64,000 nt of DNA from Acidobacteriota bacterium (lineage in GTDB: Bacteria; Acidobacteriota; UBA6911), in assembly GCA_963664705.1 (NCBI GenBank), contig OY761556.1, forward strand, positions 6,304,001 to 6,368,000. Reading direction: 5' to 3'. The position numbers and the translations under genes were made by a program. The notes under the pieces were generated by a model, which did not search any database, was not told where the DNA came from, and was given only the letters and a program-made list of their open reading frames with translations. Below, piece after piece: positions 49,776 through 59,681 of this stretch (its first letter is position 1; every line of letters begins with the position of its first letter).

Positions 49776-50738
49776 TTGATCTCTCAGATTAATAAAAACA
49801 CTGAAAGCCCCTATCTGAAACATTCTATGGTCAGTGTACCCGGGTATACTGATTTGATGTTTCTAACTGAAACAATTTGTGGTTGCGAATCGTCGAAGAG
49901 TCTCGGATCACACGCATTATTGACATGTATGAGATACACTAATTTTGTGAAAAACGTGGATGAGAATAACTCTTCTTCCGATTTTGGCGTTGATCCTGAC
50001 CTCCTTAATTTGCTGGGCGATGGAGGCATCACCCTACGAGACCTCGAATGCGTTCATGACTGGAGACGAGGTTTTGATGAAGAGAGAATTGCAGCTTTTT
50101 ATGAAATCACAGTTCCGGAAGTTAAGGCAGGAATTGAAAGGATCGTGAAGAAATTGCCAGAAAGCACCGTGCGTCTGGACACCGAACTGCGCGATCAGAT
50201 AGTAGCAAATAACGCCCGCATGAAAAGGAATGATCGAGAACTGTCTGGCAATTTAGAGCTATCGGCGGATACGCTTCTGCAGAACGGAAAGAATCCAATC
50301 CAGATTCTAAAGCGATATCGAGAAGCGCTAACCGAGGAAGATACTAACCTGATCGAAATCCTACGCCAGGCGGATAAAGGAATCGACGATGTCGGGGAAA
50401 GCGCAGACCCCACGCTGGAGCGAGAAGCTCGGCTTATCGAAGAATTGCGCCAACAGGAAAAAATTCCGAAGATTAATGCTGTGAGTAATAGGTCAATCTC
50501 TCAGAATTCAGAAGATTCTCGTTCTCGAATCGCTGGTAATAAATTAGCGGGAATAGGGGACCCCAAAAAGAACAATAGATGGGATCGCCGGAGTAAGAGA
50601 ATTACGGTCCGGATCGAAAACGCTCTGTTAGAGAGGATACAGAAACATACGCACAACGACGGTTATGACCTGAGTAAGCTTGTTCGAGTCGCCATCAACC
50701 AGTATCTGGAATCCAGTGCTGAAGACGGCAAAAAATAG
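49776..50738 (+). CDS. Hypothetical protein with C-terminal ribbon-helix-helix-like motif; start uncertain
   Basis: RITVRIENALLERI...LSKLVRVAINQYL. Confidence 0.6.
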   Translation: MISQINKNTESPYLKHSMVSVPGYTDLMFLTETICGCESSKSLGSHALLTCMRYTNFVKNVDENNSSSDFGVDPDLLNLLGDGGITLRDLECVHDWRRGFDEERIAAFYEITVPEVKAGIERIVKKLPESTVRLDTELRDQIVANNARMKRNDRELSGNLELSADTLLQNGKNPIQILKRYREALTEEDTNLIEILRQADKGIDDVGESADPTLEREARLIEELRQQEKIPKINAVSNRSISQNSEDSRSRIAGNKLAGIGDPKKNNRWDRRSKRITVRIENALLERIQKHTHNDGYDLSKLVRVAINQYLESSAEDGKK

Positions 50739-50749
50739 GGAGTGCAAGA

Positions 50750-51427
50750 ATGTCTGACAATTTTGGGAGTCAGCGACCTAATTCAGGCAATTTCGGAGGA
50801 AGTTGGCATGGCGAGGGACACGGGGGAGGAAAAGTTTTTCTATATACCCGCCGACGCTATCTAGTCGAAGAAGCTGCCTCGGTAAGCATCAAGGATTTAC
50901 AACGAAATAAAGGTCGGCAAAAGATATTGCAGGCTGCTGATAACGGCTCGACTATCCCAATCTCATTAAATGAAAAGACCTTCACATTGAATGTGACCTA
51001 CGATACTCACAGACTTCCAGGTCGGCAAGAACGTTGGTCAAGCATTTCGGATGGGAACGTCAGATTATGGTTAGTCTGTCCCAGTTGCAGGCGCCGTTTC
51101 GAAAAGCTCTACATTGCCCCCTCAGGATTATCTGACGATGAACATTGTCTCAAATGTAGAAAATGCGCACGCCTTGTCTATATGAGCCAGCATTGCGGGC
51201 GGCGGAAGTGGTGGAGACTGAGTGCCAAACCAATTCGGAGACTTCTTCGAAAACGCGATGCGCTATTGAGAAGAAATCTTAGTCCAAACATGGCTCAAGA
51301 ACTGGATCATATTGACAGGATGATCTGGCTGTACCGACAACGCGCAGCACCAAAGGGCGCAAGAAGATCATCCAAGGGGATAAAAAGACAGTATCGGGAT
51401 GTGGATTTGGTCTTCAGACTAAACTAG
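50750..51427 (+). CDS. Hypothetical basic zinc-finger protein
   Basis: WLVCPSCRRR..KLY...CRKC..LVYMSQ. Confidence 0.65.
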   Translation: MSDNFGSQRPNSGNFGGSWHGEGHGGGKVFLYTRRRYLVEEAASVSIKDLQRNKGRQKILQAADNGSTIPISLNEKTFTLNVTYDTHRLPGRQERWSSISDGNVRLWLVCPSCRRRFEKLYIAPSGLSDDEHCLKCRKCARLVYMSQHCGRRKWWRLSAKPIRRLLRKRDALLRRNLSPNMAQELDHIDRMIWLYRQRAAPKGARRSSKGIKRQYRDVDLVFRLN

Positions 51428-51490
51428 AAATCGTGCTTCTTTCCAAATCTCTCAAAATTTTCCTATTGTTGATAAAATCCACTGTCCTAG

Positions 51491-52372
51491 CTATTGAGGC
51501 TTTTTCTTCTGCCGGTGCTTTTGGTAATACGTATGAGAAGCAGATGCTTGAGCACATGCTTTACTGCAAAATAATCTTGTTGGTGGATCAAGAGCGAACA
51601 GTCGTCCACACTTTTTGCAGCTTCTGAATTCTTTGTTGGCAGTAATATCTGCGAGAATCATGCAGTAAATCGCCTCGCGTAGATCTGCTATGTGGTAGTG
51701 CATTCTCATTGTCTCGATTTCTATGACTGTGTTGTAATAGATTGGTTCAGAACAAAGAAAAGGTCCGCCGGTACCCAACAAATTTCTAAAATCATCTCTG
51801 AATGATCTACTAATAGCAGCTACCGTACATACCTTCAGTTCAGCGAGGGTTAGTCTTACGGCTTTTTTTGCTATGATGGGCCCGCCTACCAGGGGATACG
51901 GCTTCAGTTCTAGATCTTCAAGTGAATATTTGCTGACTTCGCTCCAAAATTGGAGTGCTTCAACCATTTTATCGGGATCTTGTGCTTTAAGAGCAATCCA
52001 TAAGTCCCACAAAGCACGTACCTGATTCCGGTATTTTCTAATGATGCGAAGTGAGAGAGCGAAAGGTAATTCAGGTATTGGCATTTTTCTCTGAACTGGA
52101 TGGGTTGAACTGATAATTGCAGGGATAAGGAGCTGCGATTGTGGGCCTGTAATCGCTGAACGCGAGAGAATACCCCATTTGTTAATAAACTGCGCTATGG
52201 CATCCTGATTGTCTCCCAGCCTCACAAATTCCAGATGTAAGCTTTTTGAAGGCGTTCGCCTATACGTATCAAATGGATCCTTGCCTCGCGAGAAATCCAG
52301 CACACCTATTACTCTTTCATCTCGAATGGAAATGGTTTTCACCATTGGAAGTTTGGTCCTTGGCATTTCCAC
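51491..52372 (-). CDS. Hypothetical protein with C-terminal CGNR-like zinc finger
   Basis: CKKCGRLF...RLFCSKAC; divergent from the HTH/primase operon. Confidence 0.6.
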   Translation of the reverse strand: MEMPRTKLPMVKTISIRDERVIGVLDFSRGKDPFDTYRRTPSKSLHLEFVRLGDNQDAIAQFINKWGILSRSAITGPQSQLLIPAIISSTHPVQRKMPIPELPFALSLRIIRKYRNQVRALWDLWIALKAQDPDKMVEALQFWSEVSKYSLEDLELKPYPLVGGPIIAKKAVRLTLAELKVCTVAAISRSFRDDFRNLLGTGGPFLCSEPIYYNTVIEIETMRMHYHIADLREAIYCMILADITANKEFRSCKKCGRLFALDPPTRLFCSKACAQASASHTYYQKHRQKKKPQ

Positions 52373-52470
52373 AAAAAATATCTCCTTATCATATGAATTA
52401 TCATATCAAAGTAATTGTAGGAGAATTTGCGAAATATAACAATGCAATCAGCAAAAGGGGGAATTTGAAC

Positions 52471-52668
52471 ATGCTCGAGAAAGAATTTGAAGCACTTGAG
52501 CGCACTGCGTGGCTGGTTGACAAGTTGAGGTTATCGCCAAGCACGATATATCGGAAGCTTGCGAATAAGGAAATTCCATCCGTGATCGTTTCAAATGGAT
52601 TCAGGAAGAAAAGCTATCGAGTGCGCCCTTCCGAAATTGAGAAATGGCTCACGACTCGCAGATGTTAA
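52471..52668 (+). CDS. Excisionase/AlpA-like HTH protein
   Basis: LRLSPSTIYRKL...IPSV...YRVRPSEIEKWL. Confidence 0.75.
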   Translation: MLEKEFEALERTAWLVDKLRLSPSTIYRKLANKEIPSVIVSNGFRKKSYRVRPSEIEKWLTTRRC

Positions 52669-52941
52669 GGCAATCAGATCCAAAAAGAAAAGCCCGGCTG
52701 TAACCGGGCCTCAATGATTCCAACAATGTTAAACATACTATACCACAAAATTACCCTACAATTGTTCATCTGGGCATGGCGAACTGATATTTTCAGGAGG
52801 CAATGCCTGGAAAAATCAGTATCCGCCCTGAAAAGCATTCTCGTCTCTGCGTTCAATCAGGGTTTCTTATCTCCAAAAACTGTTTCGTTAATATTTGAAA
52901 GGCTGCCCTCATTGCGAGAGGCATGAATTGGAATTTCGCAA

Positions 52942-53833
52942 ATGACATCTATCCCAGAGGAACTTATCGAATGCGGTCAATGGGTTTGTTGGAGATTTGA
53001 ACGACGAGAAGGACGCGCGACAAAAATCCCAATCAATCCACAGACAGGACGCCGAGCATCAAGCACGGATCGGGCAACTTGGAGCAATTACGCCATGGCA
53101 GTTGAAGCGCAGAAACGATTTCGGCTAGATGGAATCGGCTTTGTTTTCAGCACTAATGATCCATATGTTGGGGTTGATCTCGATAATTGCCGCAATCCGA
53201 AAACGGGCGAAATTGCGCCCCGAGCCTTGCGAATTGTGCAGCTTCTGAACAGCTTTACGGAGATCTCACCTTCAGGTTGTGGATTGCATGTTTTTGTCAA
53301 AGGGAAGCTGCCTAAAGGAGGTAATAGAAAAGATGGACTCGAATGGTGGTAGGCGGAAAGGGGGTATCGAGATGTACGACCGTACCCGATATTTCACAGT
53401 TACTGCGGATCATCTCGATGGCACGCCAATGTTGATCAACGAGTGCACGGCCGAATTGGAGAGACTCCACACGTTATTCTTCGGCAAGCCCAAAACGAAT
53501 CAGTGTACAAATTCACAATTTAGACAGCTCCGTCCAATCCGTATCTGCGATGAGGAGATCCTGAACAGAGCGAGACGAGCAGCAAATGGTTCCAGATTCG
53601 AAAGGCTCTGGCGCGGAGATTGGCGAGACAGTTACCCTTCACAGTCCGAAGCCGACTTGGCGCTCTGCAACATGCTTGCCTTCTGGACCGGAGGAGATTC
53701 GGACCGCGTAGATTCTCTCTTTCGGCGTTCTGGACTTATGAGGCCGAAATGGGATCAGCGACACTTCAATGATGGCTCAACATACGGAGGTGCGACAGTT
53801 GCCAGGGCTTGTACTCGGGGGGTGCGCTCTTGA
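52942..53833 (+). pseudogene. Primase-polymerase with C-terminal helical domain, split by a frameshift at ~53344
   Basis: QWVCW, GIGFVF, GVDLDNC, EISPSGCGLH in one frame; IEMYDRTRYFTVT, SQSEADLALC..LAFW, LFRRSGLMRPKWD in the next. Confidence 0.8.
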
Positions 53834-55191
53834 GTTCCACCAATACAACTAAATACGCAGAACCGCAGTCTGCTAAAGGACTAAAGTTAAAAAAGGAGAC
53901 TCTGAATTGGATCAAGACTGGCGAGATTCCAGAACGTTTAAGGTCCGTACAAAGGCCGCCAGATGTTTTACTAATAGAGCAACTGATACGAGAGGGATTA
54001 AATAGAGATTCGGTCTTCCAGATTTTATCTGACCCACAAACAGCATACGGATCCACAATCGATAAACTAGCTGATACCGCCGCGCTGGATTACCTGCAGG
54101 ATAAATTTACCCAAGCTGTCAGATGGACGATCCCCAGTATCAGACCAATCAGCGAAATCATGGATCTAAAGGGTTCGCCACCGGGAGCACTGATCGAGGA
54201 CATCCTTTTAGAAGGCGAAACCGTATTGTTTGCCGGCCGCGCAAAAATCGGGAAATCGACTCTCCTTCAACAAATGGCTTGTTCACTAGCGTCTGGCGAC
54301 TCGTTCCTGGGCCATTGCATGCCTATGCCGCGCCGAGTTTTGTACATAGATATGGAAAATCAGCCTCTGCACCTTCGAGAACGATATCGCCAGGTGAGTA
54401 GCACTATTAAAGGAAACGACTGGTATAAACGCTTCGAAATTGCCGCTTTTGACTCACTTGCTGGAAATGTATTCGGACTTGATCAAGGTGGTTTGCGCCG
54501 TCTTACTCTAGCCGTGGAGGCGTTCGATCCAGATCTTGTCATTATAGATAGCTTGCGCCTGTTTGGAGGAGTCGAGCTAAAGGATGAAATTCAAGTCGTT
54601 CAGTTTTTAACTCGCCTAGCGGAACTGCGGCGCATTAAGAAATCGCTATCTACGATCCTTGCTCATCACCTTAGAAAACAGGATCGAAAGGGTAAGGCTG
54701 TGAAACTAAGCCAAAGCCCCACCGAGTGGATCGATGATGTATCAGGTTCACAGGCACTTGTTGCGCATGTTGACTCTATTTGGGGTTTCGAGCTGGAACG
54801 CGAAAACGATCTAGAAACAAATGTATTCGCGCAGGTGCGCCGTAACGGGCGCCAAAATACGTTCTATCTCTCACAAGCCGTCGATGATTCTGGCAATTCC
54901 ATAGTTGGGTTTAATCTACTTTCAAAAAACGATGTAGAAGCCGCTGCAGAAAAGGTTTTTACCCGAAGAGAAATGGAAGTCTGGGGCAACCTTCCCAAAT
55001 CATTTAGGTGGAAGGAACTACTCGCAGCCTGTGGCGGGGATACCAAAAAGAAAATTGCAAGCAGCCTGCTAAACAAGGCAAGGACAAACGTGCTGGTGAA
55101 CGAAATTGATAAGACCTACACAAAGGTGATTCCAGTTGCTTGGGTGGGATGGAGCCCTGACACAAGGCAGGGAGAAACCATTTGTGGATAA
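53830..55191 (+). CDS. RecA-fold RepA-like (AAA_25-type) helicase
   Basis: GRAKIGKST, VLYIDME, VIIDSL, HHLRK, GSQAL. Confidence 0.85.
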   Translation: MSSTNTTKYAEPQSAKGLKLKKETLNWIKTGEIPERLRSVQRPPDVLLIEQLIREGLNRDSVFQILSDPQTAYGSTIDKLADTAALDYLQDKFTQAVRWTIPSIRPISEIMDLKGSPPGALIEDILLEGETVLFAGRAKIGKSTLLQQMACSLASGDSFLGHCMPMPRRVLYIDMENQPLHLRERYRQVSSTIKGNDWYKRFEIAAFDSLAGNVFGLDQGGLRRLTLAVEAFDPDLVIIDSLRLFGGVELKDEIQVVQFLTRLAELRRIKKSLSTILAHHLRKQDRKGKAVKLSQSPTEWIDDVSGSQALVAHVDSIWGFELERENDLETNVFAQVRRNGRQNTFYLSQAVDDSGNSIVGFNLLSKNDVEAAAEKVFTRREMEVWGNLPKSFRWKELLAACGGDTKKKIASSLLNKARTNVLVNEIDKTYTKVIPVAWVGWSPDTRQGETICG

Positions 55192-55335
55192 CTGCTTCTA
55201 ATAAGTTGAAAAGAATTATTTTATTGCTGGTTTCCACATTACAGAAACCAAAGGAAACCAACACTAGAGATATGGTTTCCTGGTTCCCCTTAGTTTCCTG
55301 GTTCTGTCGGTTTCCAATGTTTTGCCTTGGTTTCG
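55172..55335. repeat. GGAAACC/GGTTTCC iteron-like cluster, putative origin
   Basis: About ten direct and inverted copies around an AT-rich patch immediately after the helicase. Confidence 0.65.
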
Positions 55336-55458
55336 ATACCTGACCGATCCGCACTTGGTGAAATTGCCCCGTTCGCACACCGGGTACAGAGTTGAGCCGC
55401 GACGTGACAGTCAATTTAAAGAGGCCTTCGTCGGAACTTCACCAAAGAGGAGAATGAC

Positions 55459-56037
55459 ATGCACAGAAGCACCACGAACCAACATCAGAGAACATTGCCC
55501 TTTCCCTTACAAAGCAAATCAGTTGAAGGACTGAAGGCGTTGCCTCCTGTGAAGATCAAAAATAGGCCAGGTAAAACTATGACGGTCGCTGTATTGAGAG
55601 CGCAGACCCGGACATGGCGGCAAGCGATCCGTCAAAACTGCATAGATTGTGCTGGAGGAGTAAGCAATATAGAGAACTGTCAAGGGGATAAACTCCTTGG
55701 CGGCCCATGCCTCTTTTACCCTCACCGTATGAGTAAAAACAAACCATCCGCTCGTTTGATACGGAAGCATTGCCTATGGTGCATGGGCAAAAGCAAAATG
55801 CTTGTCCGGGAATGCCCGAGCAAAAGCTGTCCATTTCTGCCATGGCGTATGAGGCATGTCCCAAAACCAAAATCACAAAACCTATCGGACAAACAGCTGA
55901 AATCTCTGGCTGAAGGCACGAGCGTTTTAAACCGGAGAAAAGGGCCACTTTGTCCAGTGATTTCTCTGCCAGAATCAGCGCAAATCCCTATTGAGTGTAA
56001 AACCATTGGCGCTATTCCGGCGGCTAAAATTCGTTAG
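55459..56037 (+). CDS. Hypothetical protein with two tandem Cys-rich repeats
   Basis: AIRQNCIDC...C...CLFYPHR and IRKHCLWC...C...CPFLPWR. Confidence 0.65.
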   Translation: MHRSTTNQHQRTLPFPLQSKSVEGLKALPPVKIKNRPGKTMTVAVLRAQTRTWRQAIRQNCIDCAGGVSNIENCQGDKLLGGPCLFYPHRMSKNKPSARLIRKHCLWCMGKSKMLVRECPSKSCPFLPWRMRHVPKPKSQNLSDKQLKSLAEGTSVLNRRKGPLCPVISLPESAQIPIECKTIGAIPAAKIR

Positions 56038-56343
56038 CAATGACTGGAGAAAAACACTTAGTCAGAATCTAATGGCGGCCATCGACAGGAACGCTTAAAG
56101 CATCGTGCTCTCCAATTTCGGGGAATACCAAAACTCAGGGTGAGATGCCCTAATTGATGGTGAGACAAGCTTTATGAAACGGCTTTGGTCTATGAAAGGG
56201 CTATGTCCCGGGTATATGAGCAAAATCGAAATTGTCATCGCAGTACGCTGTCCGAAGGGGAATGATCCTCGATCGGACAACGACCAAGGGCGAATGTGCT
56301 GGCGCCCCTGAGCCATCTATCTCAGCACAATTGGAGATTCAAA

Positions 56344-56880
56344 ATGAACCATAAAAGCAATCAGCCGGCAGAAGAGTCAATCCCAGAAAAAACCAGAACA
56401 CATTCCGAAACGGAAGGAGAAAAAGTGAAAGTTGTTGGAATCGATATCTTTATTGACTGCAATGATAAGTCAGTGAGGAACCTTCTTAACACTCCTTTCT
56501 CGCGTGACCCAGAACGACAGTTAGCAGATATTGTCGATGCCCTTCAACGAGAATGCTTCGATATCCTCTGGTGTACAGAAGGACTGCAATTCCATATCGT
56601 TTTGCCGGAAGGCCAAGTGAAAGAAGCGTGCCGCATCATTCAGACGGCGCTGACAGAGTCGTGGCCCTTCCACAACCATGGGCCTCTCGTCAAATTTGAA
56701 ACGACCTCTGAGGTCAGAGGAATCCCCTCCTGCCAGATGGAGGACTGCGATTTGACTGCCCTGTATCTTTCCGATTTGGAGGGAAAACTTAGCAGACTAG
56801 CTGAACGCCAGAACGCGAAACGCGCGGCTCGGCTAAATCCAAATCTGGGTACTCAGCCGCATACTAACAATATGGTTTAA
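56344..56880 (+). CDS. Hypothetical protein
   Basis: GGAG RBS and open frame; no motif recognised. Confidence 0.5.
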   Translation: MNHKSNQPAEESIPEKTRTHSETEGEKVKVVGIDIFIDCNDKSVRNLLNTPFSRDPERQLADIVDALQRECFDILWCTEGLQFHIVLPEGQVKEACRIIQTALTESWPFHNHGPLVKFETTSEVRGIPSCQMEDCDLTALYLSDLEGKLSRLAERQNAKRAARLNPNLGTQPHTNNMV

Positions 56881-57061
56881 GGTCGGCGTAGGGCTCTGGC
56901 CCGCAATGTAACATATCGGGAGTTGTCTTGGTTAGATTCAGCCAAAGCGAAATTACATGCGCAGAAGTGAGCAACAGGGGCCGACACGGGGCCGACTTGT
57001 GTGTCGGCAAGGTAATACTTAGATGTGGCAATCTTACGAGCCACGAAACAGGGAGCCCAAA

Positions 57062-57262
57062 GTGGATAAATTGATAACGGTTCAAGAAGTAGCAGAGAAA
57101 CTGCAAGTAAAAGCCAGCTGGGTATACAGTCATCATTCCGAGCTTGGCGGTTTTAAGCTGGGCAAATATTTGCGTTTTTCATGGCCTCGCGTGCTTGAGT
57201 GTCTGGATGAGGCGGCTGGTAAGGTTGGAAGTTTATCCGAGGATTCTTTTCAGCATAATTAG
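57062..57262 (+). CDS. Excisionase-like HTH protein
   Basis: LITVQEVAEKLQVKASWVY...KLGKYLRF; upstream of the integrase. Confidence 0.8.
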   Translation: MDKLITVQEVAEKLQVKASWVYSHHSELGGFKLGKYLRFSWPRVLECLDEAAGKVGSLSEDSFQHN

Positions 57263-57271
57263 TTTTCACTG

Positions 57272-57326
57272 CCGCGAACAGAATGCAAATAAAAATGTTG
57301 ACTAGTCCGGAACTCGACGCTACAAA
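57272..57326 (+). promoter_or_regulatory. Integrase promoter with adjacent arm-type site
   Basis: TTGACT-N17-TACAAA (57298-57326); inverted ATTCTGTTCGCGG at 57272-57284. Confidence 0.5.
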
Positions 57327-57371
57327 TCGAAACGAGAAAGAAGGGCGGGCCTATCATCGGGAGGCCGCAAG

Positions 57372-58550
57372 ATGGTGACTCGTCAATTAGTTCAGGATGG
57401 TTGGGTATCTGATCCCATCCGCACACGGCACGGGACCGTATATAAAATCCGTTACCGTGTCCCGGCCGCGGGAGGAAAGTTCAAACATAAGCAGGAAACA
57501 CTCTATGGTCTTACTGGGAAAAAGGAAGCAAAGGGTGTTCTTAATGAGCGGCTGCAACAAGTCAGCAGCATGAACCTGGAAGCCGTTGGTCTAACATTCA
57601 GGTCTTTCATGGACAATTATTGGAAACCCTATTTGGACAGGAAGCAAACCAAGCCGTCAACGGTGCGTGGTTATCAATCTGTTCTTGATAATCATATCCT
57701 GCCATTTATGGGTGACATGATCTTGACGGAGATCGTTCCACTCAATATTGAGCAGTTGCTTCAGATCAAAGCCAAAGCAAAGTATTCCTCAAGGACAATG
57801 CGGAATATCATTGTTCAATTAAACGGGATTTTTAACTTAGCCGTGGATAATGATCTGATCAGCCGCTCTCCTGTCCGTAAACGGCACAAGCCAGTGTGTC
57901 ATAAAAAGGAAAAGCCAGTTTGGTCAGCGGAGCAACTTCGAAAAATTCTCGATTCAATTCCGATTGAGTTTCAGTGCGTATTTCTTTGTGTGGCCTTAAC
58001 AGGGCTGCGCCTGGGCGAACTACTTGCCCTGCAATGGAAATATGTTGATCTAGTTTCGAAGAGACTCCGTGTAGCACATAGCCTATATAAAAGGCAGTTG
58101 GTTGCTCCAAAAACCGAATCGAGTGCTAGGACTATTGCTTTGGGAGAGGCCCTTAACTCGGCACTAATGGAGCATAGGATGAGTTCTCGTTTCACTGGTC
58201 CCGAGGACTTTGTATTTTGTACACAGGAAGGGGCGTCACTGAATCCGGATGTGCTTCGAAAAGATGTCCTCTATCCCGTGCTGGATCGATTGAACATTCC
58301 ACGGCCAAAAGGTGCAGCGGGATTTCATTGCTTCCGGCACTCGGCTGCAAGCCTTATCAACGCCGAGACAGGGAACCTGAAAATAACTCAGAAGTTTCTT
58401 GGGCATTCAAACGTCAGTACGACAGCTGATATTTACACTCACACGTCCGAGGACATGGAGCGGGAAGCTGCTTCTGCCTTGGAACGATCCATTTTTGGAA
58501 GCTGTTCGCGATCTGTTCGCGATACGGAACCGCGAACAAGAATTCAGTGA
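57372..58550 (+). CDS. Tyrosine integrase
   Basis: TGLRLGELLAL, PKT, FHCFRHS, LGHS...TTADIYTH; N-terminal arm- and core-binding regions. Confidence 0.95.
   Translation: MVTRQLVQDGWVSDPIRTRHGTVYKIRYRVPAAGGKFKHKQETLYGLTGKKEAKGVLNERLQQVSSMNLEAVGLTFRSFMDNYWKPYLDRKQTKPSTVRGYQSVLDNHILPFMGDMILTEIVPLNIEQLLQIKAKAKYSSRTMRNIIVQLNGIFNLAVDNDLISRSPVRKRHKPVCHKKEKPVWSAEQLRKILDSIPIEFQCVFLCVALTGLRLGELLALQWKYVDLVSKRLRVAHSLYKRQLVAPKTESSARTIALGEALNSALMEHRMSSRFTGPEDFVFCTQEGASLNPDVLRKDVLYPVLDRLNIPRPKGAAGFHCFRHSAASLINAETGNLKITQKFLGHSNVSTTADIYTHTSEDMEREAASALERSIFGSCSRSVRDTEPRTRIQ
58502..58538 (+). repeat. Putative integrase arm-type sites, right
   Basis: CTGTTCGCGAT twice, plus inverted CGCGAACA. Confidence 0.75.
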
Positions 58551-58633
58551 ATTCACATTTTGTAATGAAAGGCCCAAGGTGCTTCCAACTTGCTCGATTT
58601 TAAGTGTTTATGGGATTTATTTCGGGTGAGTTT

Positions 58634-58679
58634 TGGTAGCGACGGGTGGAATCGAACCACCGACCTTGGGGTTATGAAT
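58634..58679 (-). repeat. att core, right: 3' half of tRNA-Met(CAT); no intact 5' half
   Basis: Identical to 12671-12716. Confidence 0.93.
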
Positions 58680-58874
58680 CCCTAACCTGCCTGAACGTCG
58701 TACTAAACGGTACTAAAACCTCCTATAAATCCTGGATTCGGCGGAATTCTTTTAGGACGGTTTCGGCTCCAGTAGGATCCAGAACCGCCACACAACCGTC
58801 ACACTCGCTGCTTTTGGCTAAAAGCCATCGGCTGCGCCTGTGACAAGTTTGTTCCGACGAATCGAGGATACAAA

Positions 58875-59681
58875 ATGGCATATACATTCACGCTCACTAA
58901 TGCAAAGGGCGGCTGCGGCAAAACCACAACAGCTCTAAACCTAGCAATTTGCTTTGCAAAGGCAGGGTATCGTACCCTTGCCATCGATTTGGATCAACAA
59001 GGAAATTTGAGTTCCGGCCTTGGCGTTGATCTCAACCAATTGAACATGACGGCGCATCGTTTGCTGATCAACGAGGCGCCGGAGATTGGCAAGTATTTGG
59101 TTGAGGTTCGTCCCCAGCTGAAGCTCCTGCCCAATTCCATCGATATCGAAGCCGACGATCTCCTGGAAGCCAAGAAGGTCAACCGTGAGGTTCTCCTTCG
59201 CCGGCAACTAAAGCCGATCAAGGCTGAGTTCGATGTCATCCTGATCGACACTCCGCCGGCAATGCGGGCAGCTACCGTCAATGCCCTGGTTGTTGCTGAC
59301 TCCGTAATTGTCCCGATCGATTCATCCAGCTTCGCTTTGCTGGGAATGACTCAGCTGCTCAAGACCATCGCCGCTATCAGTGAGACACATAATCCCAATC
59401 TGAAGATCCACGTGTTGACAACACTGTTCAACAAGAGACAAAACCTGGACCGCGTCATCAGACAGCAGGTTGAGGAGTTCTTCGGCCAGAGCCTGGTCCT
59501 GGAATCAATTATTCATCGATATGTCGGCGTTGCAGAAGCAACCGCAATGAAGAAAGGAGTAGTAGAAAACACTGCTGCTACATCCGCCACGTTCGACTTC
59601 ACGAAGCTCTTCAACGAACTCAAAGAGGAAATGGATCATGAAAAAGAGAGACATGCAGCAGCTGAAAGCATCAATCGCTAA
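58875..59681 (+). CDS. parA: ParA/Soj family ATPase
   Basis: KGGCGKTTT, IDLDQQGN, LIDTPP. Confidence 0.92.
   Translation: MAYTFTLTNAKGGCGKTTTALNLAICFAKAGYRTLAIDLDQQGNLSSGLGVDLNQLNMTAHRLLINEAPEIGKYLVEVRPQLKLLPNSIDIEADDLLEAKKVNREVLLRRQLKPIKAEFDVILIDTPPAMRAATVNALVVADSVIVPIDSSSFALLGMTQLLKTIAAISETHNPNLKIHVLTTLFNKRQNLDRVIRQQVEEFFGQSLVLESIIHRYVGVAEATAMKKGVVENTAATSATFDFTKLFNELKEEMDHEKERHAAAESINR

Larger units (their letters stand above)
12671..58679. mobile_element. ~46 kb tRNA-Met-integrated element with a satellite-like backbone and defence cargo
   Basis: 46-bp direct repeats; integrase next to the right repeat; tandem CTGTTCGCGAT arm sites inside both ends. Confidence 0.88.

Noticed and set aside
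53317-53352. Programmed ribosomal frameshift in the primase
   Set aside because: No clear slippery heptamer or downstream structure; the tandem duplicated peptide explains the shift better.
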